From assembly GCF_009914755.1 (NCBI RefSeq), contig NC_060931.1: DNA of 64,000 bases, one strand, 5' to 3'. Below are positions 41,920-60,140 of the stretch, in pieces. Every line of letters begins with the position of its first letter. The stretch's first letter is position 1. The notes beneath the pieces are model-generated. The model did no database searches. It was not told the DNA's origin and saw only the letters and a list, made by a program, of their open reading frames with translations. A program made the position numbers and the translations under genes. Source of the stretch: the human T2T-CHM13v2.0 reference genome, Homo sapiens.

Positions 41920-42006
41920 CTATCTCAAAACAAACAAAAACAGGGCCGGGCGCAGTGGCTCACACCTGTAATCCCAGCACTTTGGGAGGCCAAGGTGGGC
42001 AGATCA

Positions 42007-42322
<316 letters not shown>

Positions 42323-42864
42323 TCATGGCATTTACTTATTGAAGAAACTGGGTCATTTGACCAACAGAATTTTCCACTTTCTGGGTTTTGCTGATTGTAT
42401 CTTCAGGTGTCATTTAACGTTTTTTGTCCCTGGTATGTCCTGTAATCACAGTTAATTCTAGAGTCAGGGGAGGTTTACAGTGAAACTAATGAAGCTTAAT
42501 CTTCAGGCCCTCCCTTGCATAGACCCCCGTACCTAATTTCGCATTTATAATTTTGTGTCTTTTTCTTAAAGAGGACTGTGAAATTTGTATAGTTTAAGGC
42601 CCCACAAAGCTTGGATTTGCCCCTGGCTAGAAGCTTCATTAGGTTTAGGTGTAATGTTGAGGTTTGGGTTTTTTTGTTTTGTTTTGTTTGCAATAACGCT
42701 TCGTGGCTGGCACTATGTACTTCTACTGAGGCACAAGGCGGGTTTGTCTCTTAGTAATATTGTAATTCATCTCTCAATTTGGGGGTTGTCATCCTGATTA
42801 TCCATGAAGTTTACCATCAGCCTTTCTTCTAATAGTCTAGCAAACGTTGATGATCATTAGACCA

Positions 42865-43102
42865 TTGGTTCTCAACGAGGGTTGATTCTGCCCTGTCCTA
42901 CCAAGGGGAAATTTGGCAATGTCTGGAGATATTTTGGATTGTTGCAACTGGGTGGGGGGTGGCGGGTGGTACTGCTGTTATCTAGAAAATGAATGCAAGG
43001 AATACTGCTAAACATTGTATAATTCACAGAGCACACCTCCCCCCCACAGCGAAGAATTATCCAGCTCAAAATGTCAGTAGTACCCAGGTTGAGAAACCCT
43101 AG
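42865..43102 (+). mobile_element. MER20 DNA transposon
   Basis: ggttctcaac...ggggaaatttggcaatgtctggagatatttt...gttgagaaaccct. Confidence 0.7.
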
Positions 43103-43774
43103 TGTAGTTTTATGATGTTCCTTAGGTGTGCAAAGTGGTAATTTCAAATGCTCTCATTTCTCCTGCATTTATAAGATGAGATTCTTCTACAAAGGTGAGC
43201 ATTCCCTCATCTCTCTGGTTACTTTGAAATACAATCCATTCGGGATAGCCAGGATGTATGCTTGATGCTTTCCCACGCACAGTGGCTCTGCCTATAATCC
43301 CAGCACTTTGGGGGGCCAAGACAGGAGGACTGCTTGAGCCCAGGAAATGGCAAGATCTTTACAAAATATGTAAAAATTAGACAGGCATGGTGATGCATGC
43401 CTGTAATTCCCGCTACTTAGGAGGCTGAGGCAGGGAAATGGCTGGAGCCCAGGAGGTTGAGGATACAGTGAGCCGTGATGGGACGACAGCACTCTAGCAT
43501 GGGTGACTGAGTGAGACCTTGTCTCAAATAATAGTAATAATAATAAAGATGGATGGATGGATGCCCCAGCAACCTCTAACTGTGACCACTTTGGGTTCTT
43601 TGGGGAGAAGGGGCAGTGCTATCATGAATTGATGGATGTTTAGATATTTGATGTGCTTTAATCCATTACAGTCATTGTCCTTTTTTAAATGTTCAGATTG
43701 TCTCATCAAATATTTAGTTGCTGCTGTGTCCTTCTGGCACAATCCTAGTAATCCACAATCCTAGTAGTCTTTAG

Positions 43775-43953
43775 GTCAAGCTTGTCCAACCTGTGGCCCA
43801 TGCAGCCCAACACAAATTCGTAAACTTTCTAAAAACATTATGAGATTTTTTTTTTTTAGCTCATCAGCTATTGTTAGTGTATTTTATGTGTGGCCCAAGA
43901 CAATTCTTCTTCTTCCAGTGTGGCCCAGGAAAGCCAAAAGATTGGACACCCTG
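43775..43953 (+). mobile_element. MER30 DNA transposon
   Basis: caagcttgtccaacc...cccaacacaaattcgtaaactttct...aaaagattggacaccc. Confidence 0.75.
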
Positions 43954-45407
43954 GACTTCCTTGCTTTCCGTTTTATACATTTACTGCCCAGAAACAAAAC
44001 CAACCATTTCTCCAAGGAACCCTAATTCACTTTAGTGAGAAATGGTATTTGTATTGGCAAACTTATTTTCTTTCTTTTTTTTTTTTTTTTTAAGGAGGAT
44101 CCTGAAATTTGTCTTAACTGAGAGATAATATTAAAGAGATTGTATTCTCCACTGCAGAAAATTTAACTTAGGAGGTGAGGCACTGTGGCTCATGCCTGTA
44201 ATCCCAGCATTTGGGAGGCCGAGGCAGGAAGATCGCTTGAGTCCAGAAGTTCAAGACCAGTCTGGGCTACATGGTGACACCCTGTCTCTACCAAAAAAAA
44301 AATTAGCTGGGCATGGTGGCATGGGCCTGTAGTCCCAACTACTCGGGAGGCTGAGGTGGGAGGATTGCTTGACCCCCAGGAGGTTGAGGCTGCAGTGAGC
44401 TGTGATGGTGCTGCTGCACCCCAGCCTGGGCAACAGAGTGAGACCCCATCTCCAAAAAAGAAAGAAAATTTAACTTAGGGAGTCTAATTCCCCAGATGAG
44501 AGATTTTTCTGCTCAGAAGCCATGAAGCAATTTCTGCCGATGTTTGTCTAGGCTCTTTGTCTAGACCAGCCACCCCGTCCTTCATTTGTTCAACCAGTAT
44601 GTGCTGTGCAGCCATTTGTGCCAGCCACTGTTCTAATGGGAAAACACAGGTGACCAAAACAAAAATCCTTGTCTAGGCCAGGCGCAGTGGCTCACGCATG
44701 TAATCCCAGCACTTTGGGTGGATCATCTGAACTCAGAAGTTCAAGACTAGCCTGGACAACATGGCAAAACCCCGTCTCTACCAAAAATACAAAAAATTAG
44801 CCAGGCATGTGGCAAGCACCTGTAGTCCCAGCTTCTCTGGAGGCTGAGGTGGGAGGATCACTTCAGCCTGGGAGGCAGAGGTTGCAGTGAACCGAGATTG
44901 TGCCACTGCACTCTAGGCCTGGGTGAGAGTGAGGCTCTGTCTCAAAAAACAAGAACAACAGCAACAAAAATCCTTGTCTCCATGGCTTTATCTTGATTGT
45001 CGTCTGCCAAACAAGATAAATAAAGAAATATAGAGCATGTCAGATGGAGATAAGTATCAAGAATAAAAATAAGGCAGGGAAGAAGAAAGTATAGTGGACT
45101 TAGGCCAGGCGCAGTGGCTCACGCCTGTAATCCCGACACTTTGGGAGGCTGAGGCAGGGGGATCACGAGGTCAGGAGATCAAGACCATCCTAGCTAACAT
45201 GGTGAAACCCCGTCTCTACTAAAAAAATACAAAAAAATTAGCTGGGCGTGGTGGCGGGTGTCTGTAGTCCCAGCTACTCGGGAGGCTGAGGCAGGAGAAT
45301 GGCGTGAACCTGGGAGGTGGGCTTGCAGGAAGCCAAGATCGCGCCACTGCGCTCCAGCCTGGGCGACACAGCGAGACTCCATCTCAAAAAAAAAAAAAAA
45401 AAAGAGA

Positions 45408-47075
<1,668 letters not shown>

Positions 47076-48293
47076 ATGTAAGGAGTGTTTAGTTGGAGGT
47101 GTGGGTGGGTACAATTTTAGACAGAGTGGCAGTAAGGCTCCCCAAGAAGGTGCCAGATGAAAGGCCCCTCAGGAGGGGCAGTCGTGTGTATGCCTGGGAA
47201 AAGAGTGAAGGCTGGAGGCTAATGCATGTCTGGTGAATTAGGAGGGCAAGGAAGCCAGCGGGGCAGGAGGACAGCATGTGAGAACGTCAGAGGAAAAGAG
47301 TCACAGATGGGCTGGCCTTTTAGAACATCTGAAGGACTTTGGCTCTTACCCTGAGCAAGAATTCTTTAGGGGGTTTTGAGTGAGGAATGACAATCTGAAG
47401 TAGGTTTCAGAATTATCCTGTCCAGGCAAGAGACAATCATCCTAACGTAAGGATTATCAGTGGGTACAGAGAATTTTTGCAAATAGCATTAAATCTTTTT
47501 GTTTGGTTGGTTTTTGTTGTTTTGTTTTGTTTTGTTTTGTTTTTTGAGACAGAGTCTCGCTCTGTTGCCCAGGCTGAAGTGCAGTGGCACGATCTCGGTT
47601 CAGTGAAACCTCTGCCTCCAAGGTTCAAGCAATTCTCCTGCTTCAGCCTCCAGAGTAGGCGTGCACCACCATGCCCCATTAAATTTTGTATTTTTAGTAG
47701 AGACGGTGTTTCAACATGTTGGCCAGGTTGGTCTCAAACTCCTGACCTCAAGTGATCTGTCCGCCTTGCCCTCCCAAACTGCTGGGATTACAGGTGTGAG
47801 CCACCGCACCAGCCCGGTTTGGGTTTTTTTTTGAGGCGGAGTCTCACTCAGTTGCCCAGGCTGCAATGCAGTAGTGTGATCTTCACTCACTGCAGACTCG
47901 GCCTCTCAAGCAATCCTCCCACCTTAGCCTCCCCAGTAGCTAGGGCTACAGGCACGTGCCACCATGCCCAGCTAATTTTTGTATTTTTTTTGTAAAGATG
48001 CAATTTCACTATGTTGCCCAGACTGGTCTCAAACTCCTGGGCTCAAGTGATCCACCCACCTTGGCCTCCCAAAGTGCTGGGATTACAGGCGCGAGCACCT
48101 GTCCTTAATAGCATTTAACCTGATCTAAGCAGGTCTTTTATCCCATCTTGCAGTTTACAGGAAATTTAGGAGACAGAGGGCAAAGTTAGAGGAAACAATA
48201 AGGCACATCCAGAGTATGGGAAAGTTTGCCTCAGCCCTTCAAAAACTAAAGTCAAGAAGAGAGAGAAGATAAAGAAAGTGGGGGAATGTACTA

Positions 48294-48589
<296 letters not shown>

Positions 48590-49077
48590 TCAAAAAAATA
48601 AATAAAAAGATGCATAATACCAAAAAAGACGTGAACCTTGATTGGGCTTTGGTGTGTTACTGTCTGCAAAGACCACTGCTGACAATTCCTCCAATCCCTA
48701 TAAACACATACTGTTCCTCCCATTGAGGGGTGGAGTCTATTTTCCCTCAACTTGAATTTGAACTGGCCCTGTGGTTTGTTCTGACCAATTCAATGCAGTG
48801 GAAGAGAAGCTATATGACTTCTGGGGCTTAGGCCATAAGAGACCTTGCAGCTTCCATTTTCATTCCCTTGGAACCCAGCTGACAGGAGGTCCAGCCCACC
48901 CAATTGGACCAGTCATTGGAATGAAGCCATCTTGGATCCTGCAGTCCCAGTGGAGCTGCCCCAGCCAATACCAAATGGAACGCTGATGAGCTATCCCTAC
49001 TGAAACCACACAATGCAGTTATGCAACTGGAAAAAGTCAGGAAGCTCTCTATGAACTGAAAAGCTTTATACGAATAG

Positions 49078-49489
<412 letters not shown>

Positions 49490-50387
49490 TCAGCTCACTG
49501 CAACTTCTGCCTCCTGGGTTCAACTGATTCTCATGCCTCAACCTCCCAAGTAGCTGGGATTACAGGTGTGCACCATCACACCTGGCTAATTTTTGTATTT
49601 TTAGTAGACATGGGGTTTTACCATGTTGGCCAGGCTGGTCTCGAACTCCCAACCTCAGGTGATCACCCACCTTGGCCTCCCAAAGTGCTGGGATTACAAG
49701 TGTGAGCCACTGCACCTGGCCATCAATTTGAAAAGCAGATGCGGAAGAGAATACATAGTAAACTCTCTTTGGTATTTGTACCTTCATGAAAAAACACTGG
49801 AAGAATATTTAAGAAACTAATGTAAGTGGTTATAGGTAACCTAAGATTTAGCTCATATACACCAGTAGGGTTATACTGGTTAAAATATAGAAATATTCTT
49901 GTCCTGGTCGGTAAATGGCCACTACCAAACCCCTGAATTCCCTCCACCTCTGCTCTCACCCCAGGATAAATGACTGCCCCATGATCCAACAAGAGTTAAC
50001 CCCAGCAGGGAAGGGGTCTGGCAAGCCAACAAAGAATGAGGTGGATGGTCATGGGGTAGGAGACTTTACAAACAAAACTTTTAAATATACTTTTTATTTC
50101 TGAGCCATATGAATATGTCACTTGGTAAAAAGGAATTTGAGGCGAGGTATAGTGACCTATGCCTATAACCCCAGCACTTTGGGAGGCTGAGGCAGGAGAA
50201 TGCTTGAAGCCAGGAGTTTGAGGCTGTAATGAGCTATGATCATGCCACTGCACTCCAACCTGGATGACAAAGTGAGACCCTGTCTCTAAAAAAATAAATA
50301 AATAAAAAATTAAAAATCAAAGTCAAAAGGAGTTTGAGAGTAAAAAACAGAAAATAATGTGTTGTTTATTTAATAAAATAAAAATTA

Positions 50388-50576
<189 letters not shown>

Positions 50577-50821
50577 TCAGGAGGCTGAAATGGGAGGATG
50601 GTTTGAGCCTGGGAGGCAGAGGCTGCAGTTAGCCGAGATCACACCGCTGTACTCCAGACTGGGTGACAGAATGAGACCCTGTCTCAAAAATTAAGAAAGA
50701 GGCTGGGCGCGGTATCTCACACCTGTAATCCCAGCACTTTGGGAGGCCCAGGTGGGCAGATCACCTGAGGTGAGGAGTTCAAGACCAGCCTGCCCAACAT
50801 GGCGAAACCTCATCTCTACTA

Positions 50822-51473
<652 letters not shown>

Positions 51474-51760
51474 CTATCACAGTACCATTTTATCTATGGA
51501 TTTCAAACCATCAATTACTACCTTGTTTGTACATCCTGAAAATGTCACCTCTGTAATAACATAGATCCCGCCTGTCTGTTGTGTTCACCTCTGTATCCCC
51601 AGCACCTAGAAGCAAACCAGTATAAATATTTGTTGAATGAGGCTGGTTGTGGTGGCTCATGCCTGTAATCCTAGCACTTTGGGAGGCTGGAGCGGTGGAT
51701 TGCCTGAGCTCAGGAGTTTGAGACCAGCCTGGGCAACGTGGCGAAACCCCATCTCTACTA

Positions 51761-52018
<258 letters not shown>

Positions 52019-52368
52019 TTAAAGGCAGTGTTCAAAGGGAAATATATAGTTGTAAATGTCTACATTTAAAGAAGATCATGTGTAAAATTTGTGATAGTGG
52101 AAATGAAGAAAGATATCAAATCAATAACCAAATTTATACCTTGATGAACTTGAAAAAGAGCCAACTAAACCCCAAACTAGCAAAAGGAAGGACACAATAA
52201 AGATTAAAGTAGGGATAAATAAAATAGAGGATAGAAAAACAATAGAGTCAATGATAGCAAAAGTTGGTTCTTTGAAAAGATCAACAAAATGAACAAACCT
52301 TTCCCTACACTAACACAGAAAAAAGAAGACACAAATAATTAAAATCAGAAATGAAAGTGGAGGCATTA

Positions 52369-53111
<743 letters not shown>

Positions 53112-53211
53112 TTACATGAACTGGACAAATTTCTAGAAACACACAAATTACCTAAAGTGACAAAATAAAGTCCAGGAATAGTTTCCCTGGTAAATTCTAT
53201 CAAACACCTAA

Positions 53212-53620
<409 letters not shown>

Positions 53621-54099
53621 TAATACTAAAGCCATTTAAAGACATCACAAGAAAACAAACCAATATCTGTTATGATTCTAGATGTAAAAGTCCTTAACAA
53701 AATAGTAGCAAACCAAATCCAACAGCATATTAAGAGGATTATATATAGCTGGGGGCATGGTGGCTCATGCCTGCATTCCTAGAACTTTGGGATGCCAAAA
53801 TAGGCAGATCTCTTTGAGCTCAGGAGTTCAAAACCGGCCTGGGCAACATGGCGAAACCACATCTCTACAGAAAATACAAAAATGAGCCAGGCATGCTGGC
53901 TTGTGCCTGTGGTCTCAGCTACTTGGGAAGCTGAGACTGGAGGATCGCTTGAGCTGGGAAGCAGAGGTTGCAGTCAGCCGAGATTGTGCCACTGCACTCC
54001 AGCCTGGGTGACAAAAGCGAGGCCCTGTCTCAAGAAAAAAAACAAGAGGATTATACACCATGACCCAGTGGATTTTAGCCATGAATGCACAAGTGGCTC

Positions 54100-54609
54100 T
54101 GTGAAGCAGGTCCTCTGTGCACTGGTTACCACTTCAGCCTACTGCCTCTTGGGCTGCACTTTTACTACTTTCCTGAATCCAGCGAGGCAGAACACTGCCT
54201 CACATACACAATAAGTCACATGAAACAGGTTTACTATTTATAGATAGGCAGCAAGGGACAACAGCAGTCTAGGATTCAGATTGAGCCAGTACCCCAAGGC
54301 TCAGGAAGGCTGCTTGAGGCAGTGAAGTCTCATCTGTACCTGCCCCACTTGCACCACAGTTGAGAGACCCCAGAAAGTAGTCGGCCAAGGGTTTTCTATC
54401 CCAGGGACCACATGAAACACTGGGCTAAAGCACTGAAAGACATCCTGTTTCAAGGAGAAACTGGAATAGAGCCCAGGCTGTTCCAGCCAATTCCCCCCAT
54501 CTCAGGATGTTGCAATACCAGCCCATTCTACAGTTATTCTTGAAAACTATAAGTGAGAAAGTGGGGGAGAACTGGATCAGTTCAAGGCCACCCAGAGAAC
54601 TGTCCTGCA
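54100..54609 (-). mobile_element. Solo LTR, probably ERVL class
   Basis: TG...CA termini (TGTGAAGC...TCCTGCA); 5-bp TSD GGCTC/GGTTC interrupting L1 ORF2. Confidence 0.65.
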
Positions 54610-54919
54610 GGTTCAATGTAAGAAAATCAATTCATGGCCAGGCATGGTGGCTCACGCCTGTAACCCCAACATTTTGGGAGGCCAAGGCGGGCAGATCACT
54701 TGAGCTCAGGAGTTTGAGGCCAGCCTGGGCAACATGGCGAGACCCCATCTCTACAAAAAATATTTTAAAAATTAGCCGGGTGTGGTGGGGTGTGCCTGTA
54801 GTCTCAGCTACTCAGGAGACTGAGATGGGAGAATCACCTGAGCCTGGGAGGTGGAGGCTGCAGTGAGCCATGATCATGCCACTTCACTCCAGTCTGGAGG
54901 ACACAGTGAGACCCCTGTC

Positions 54920-55312
54920 CAAAAATAAAGAGAGAGAGAGAGAGAAGGGAGGGAGGGAGGTGAGAAAGAGAGAGAGAGAAAGAAAAGAGGGGAGGGAGGG
55001 AAAGGGAGGGGAGGGAGGGAAAAGGAGGGGAGGGAGGGAAGGGGAAGGGAAGGGGGAAGGGGAGCAGACGGGAGGGGAGAGAAGAGAGGAGGGGAAAGGA
55101 GGGGGGAGGGGAAGGGAGGGGAGGAGAGGGAGGGAAGGGAGGAAAGGGGGAGGGGGGAGGGGGAGGGAAAAGGAGAGGAGAGTGAGGGAAGGGAGGAGGG
55201 GGGAGAGGGGAGGGGGAGGGAAAAGGAGAGGAGGGAGAGGAAAGGGGAAGGGGGAGGGGAGGGAAGGGGAAGGGGGAGGGGAGGGAAGGGAATGGGGGAG
55301 GGGAGGGGAGGC
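54920..55312. repeat. ~390-bp G/A-rich low-complexity tract between Alus
   Basis: Direct reading; it is the source of ORFs 54870-55603. Confidence 0.95.
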
Positions 55313-55322
55313 AGGGGGATCA

Positions 55323-55559
<237 letters not shown>

Positions 55560-56166
55560 TCATGCTGGCCAGGTGCGGTGGTGCATGCCTGTGATTCCAG
55601 CACTTTGGGAGGCCAAGGCAGGGAGTGGGGGGATCACTTCAAGTCAGGAGTTCAAAACCAGCCTGGACAACACAGCAAGATATTGTGTTTACTAAAAAAA
55701 AAAAAAAAAAAAAAAATTTGAGACAGTGTCTCACTGTGTCATCCTCCAGGATGGAGTGTAGTGGCATGATCACGGCTCACTGCAGCCTCGACCCCCAGGC
55801 TCTGGTGATCCTCCCATTTCAGCACCCCAAACAGCTGGGACTACAGGTCGTGCTACCAGGCCTGGCTAATTTTTGTATTTTTTTGGAAAGATGGGGTTTC
55901 ACCATGTTGCCTAAGCTGATCTCAAACTCCTGAGCTCAAGAGATCCACCTACCTCAGTCACCCAGAGTGTTAGAATTATAGGCATCAGCCACCGTGCCCA
56001 GCCTAAAATTTTTTTTTTAATTAAAAAAAAAGAGGCCAGGCACGGTGGCTTATGCCTGTAATCCCAGCACTTTGGGAGGCTGAGGTGAGTGGATCACCTG
56101 AGGTCAGGAGTCCCAGACCAGCCTGGCCAACATGGTGAAACCCCTCTCCTAAAAATGCAAAAATTA

Positions 56167-56349
<183 letters not shown>

Positions 56350-56489
56350 TTAGGATAAATAGCCAATGCATATGGGGCTTAATAACTAGGTGATGGGTTG
56401 ATAGGTGCAGCAAACCACCATGGCACACATTTACCTATATAACTAACCTGCATGTCCCGCACATGTATCCTGGAACTTAAAATAAATTA

Positions 56490-56822
<333 letters not shown>

Positions 56823-58470
56823 TTAATGTGATATATCATAGTAATAGAAGGGAGAAAAAACACGATTATCTCAAGTGATAAAGAAAAAGCATTTGACAAA
56901 ATCCAATGCCCTTTCATGACAAAAAGAAAACATTCAGAAAACTAGGAATAGGAGGAAACTTCCTTAACATGTTAAAGGGCATCTATGAAAATCCCAGAGC
57001 AAACATCACACTCAACAGTAAAAGACTGAAAGCTTTCCCCTGATTGTTCCACCAATTAGGAACAAGACAAGGACTCCCACTTTCACCACTGCTATTCAAA
57101 TTGTACTGGCTGCTCTGGCCAGGGCAATTAGATGAGAAACAGAAACCAAAGGCATCCTAACAGGAAAGGAAGAAGGAAAACTATTTCTATTGACAGATGA
57201 CTAAATCTTACATATAGAAAATCTCAAAGAATCCACAAGAAGGTTACGAGAGCTAATTAACAATATCAGCAAAGTCACAGGACACAATATCAACACCCAA
57301 AAATCTATACATCAGTAATGAACAATCAGAAAAGGAAATTAAGGCCAGGCATGGTGGCTCACACCTGTAATCCCAGCACTTTGGGAGGCCAAGGCAGACG
57401 GATTGGTTGAACCCAGAAGTTCAAGAACAGTTTGGGCAACATGGAGAAACCCCATCTCTACTAAAAATAGAAAATATAGCTGGTCGTGGTGGTGTGCACC
57501 TATAATCCCAGCTACTCAGGAGGTTGAGGTGGGAGGATCACCTGACCCCGGAATGCAGAGGTTGCAGTGAGCTGAGATTGCATCAGGCCATTGCACTCCA
57601 GCCTGGGCCTCAGAACAAGACACTGTCTCAAAAAAAAAAAGAAAAGGAAATTAAGACAACAATTCCACTTACATATGCATTGGAAAATATAAAGTATCTA
57701 GGAATCAATTTAACCAAGGAGGTGAAAGACATATACATTGATAACTATAAAACATTGCTGAAAGAAATTAAAGACAATCTAAATAAATGGAAAGATCCTG
57801 TATTCATGGACTGGAAGATTTAGTATTGTTAAGATGTCAGTACTACCCAGTGATCTACAGATTCAATACAATGCCTACCTATCAAGGTCTCAACAGCTGG
57901 CCAGGCATGGTAGCTCGCGCCTGTAATCCCATCACTAGAATGCTGAGGCAACAGTATTGCTTAACAGGAGGTTGAAACCAGCCTAAGCAACATACTGAAA
58001 CCCTGTCTCTATATAAAAATTTAAAAGTAGCTGGGTGTGGTGGTACATATCTGTAGTCCCAGCTACTCAGGAGGCTGAGGCAGGAGGATCACTTGAGCCC
58101 AGGAGTTCAAGGCTGCAATGAGCTATGATCCTATGATCATGCTACTGTACTCCAGCCTGGGTGACAGAGAGAAACCTAGTCTCTAAAAACAAACAAAAAA
58201 CCCAACAGCCTTTTTTGCAGAAATGGAAAAGCAAATTATTAAAATCATATGAAACTGTAAGGGGCCTTGAGTAGACGAAACAATCTTGGAAAAGAACCAA
58301 GCTGAAGAACTGACATTTCCCAATTTCAAAACTTACTACAAAGGTACAGTAATCAAAACAGTGTGGTACTTAAAATGAACAGGTTTTCCTAAAAACAAAC
58401 AGTGTGGTACTGGCATAAGGACAGACATACAGACCAATGGAATCGAAGTGAGAGTCCAGAAATAAACCCA

Positions 58471-58515
58471 GTGCTTGCTTCAGCAGCACATATACTAAAA
58501 GTGGAATGATACAGA
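58471..58515 (+). pseudogene. U6 snRNA 5' fragment retrocopy (3'-truncated, tailless)
   Basis: GTGCTTGCTTCAGCAGCACATATACTAAAAGTGGAATGATACAGA matches U6 nt ~1-45 with 4 substitutions; TSD CAGAA(A/G)TAAACCCA at 58457-58470 and 58512-58525. Confidence 0.9.
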
Positions 58516-58570
58516 AGTAAACCCAACATCTATGGTCAACTGATTTTCAAAAAGGGTGCAAGTCCATTCA

Positions 58571-58840
<270 letters not shown>

Positions 58841-59142
58841 CTACTTGGGAGGCTGAGGTAGGAGGATCACCTGAGCCCAGTTCAAGGCTGCAGTGAGTTA
58901 TGATCATGCCACTGTACTCCAGCCTGGGTGACAGGGAGAGACCCTGTCTTAGAAAAAAAAAAAATGAAGTTAGATCCCTACTGCACAGTCACTTATAAAA
59001 ATTAACTCAAAATGGGTAAACAATCTAAATATGAGCTAAAATCATTACCTCATAGAAGAAACATAAGGGTAAATCTTCATAACCTTAGATTTGGCAATGG
59101 ATTCTTAGATATGACATAAGCAACATCAAAATTAAAAACTTT

Positions 59143-59703
59143 CAACCTTTTGTGAGTGGTGGCTAGCACTAAGAGAAGCCAGGAAGGCCTGGGGCACACA
59201 TCAAGAACACAAGGTGGTGGGGGTGTTGCCTGACCACCCCCAAAAGCTGCACACCAACCCTCTACCCCATGCGAATCTTTGAGCCTCTGGCACTTTGTAT
59301 CTCAGCTGAAGAAGCCTTCAGTGGAAACTGTCTCCAGTGGGCAGGTGTTGGAGAACCCGCCCTCTTCAGGTGAAGAGTTTGGGCATCTGGCTGCACTATC
59401 CTCCAAGTGGCACCCAAAACCTGCACTGGGAACATGGGCCCTGACCTGGTGGACATCACCACCTGGTGACAGAGTGCCAGGCGCATTCCATCCAGATGAG
59501 GAAGATGAAGGAGACTGCGTCAGAAAGTGCTGCCAGTCAGCAATCAATTCCACCACTTCACTATCAAGTTCTTTCTGCCCCACCAGTCCTGCCATGCCAG
59601 CATGAGCCACACTTTGTTAACAAGAAACCCAATACCTTCTCTAGGTACAGAGTCCTCTCCACCCCCAAGACAGCCCAGATAAACTCCTTAGGAACAACAA
59701 CAA
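59143..59703 (+). pseudogene. Processed pseudogene of ribosomal protein L18a (RPL18A), degraded
   Basis: Intronless; pyrimidine-rich 5' end; start codon degraded (aggaaggcc vs ATGAAGGCC). Remnants WHFVSQLKK..GQVLENPP, AHSIQ and HEPHFVNKKPNTF match RPL18A WYFVSQLKK..GQVFEKSP, AHSIQ and HKPRFTTKRPNTFF. (AAC)n tail remnant; 16-bp TSD CAAAATTAAAAACTTT at 59127-59142 and 59704-59719. Confidence 0.9.
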
Positions 59704-59882
59704 CAAAATTAAAAACTTTTGTTCATCAAAGGACATTGTCAAGAGATAAAGAGAGGCCTGGCACATTTGAGAGGCTGAGGTGGGAGGATCTCTTGAGGCC
59801 AGGAGTGCAAGACCAGCCAGGGCAACAAAGCAAGACCCTGTCTCTACAAAAAATAACAATATTGGCCAGGTGCGGTGGCTCA

Positions 59883-60140
<258 letters not shown>

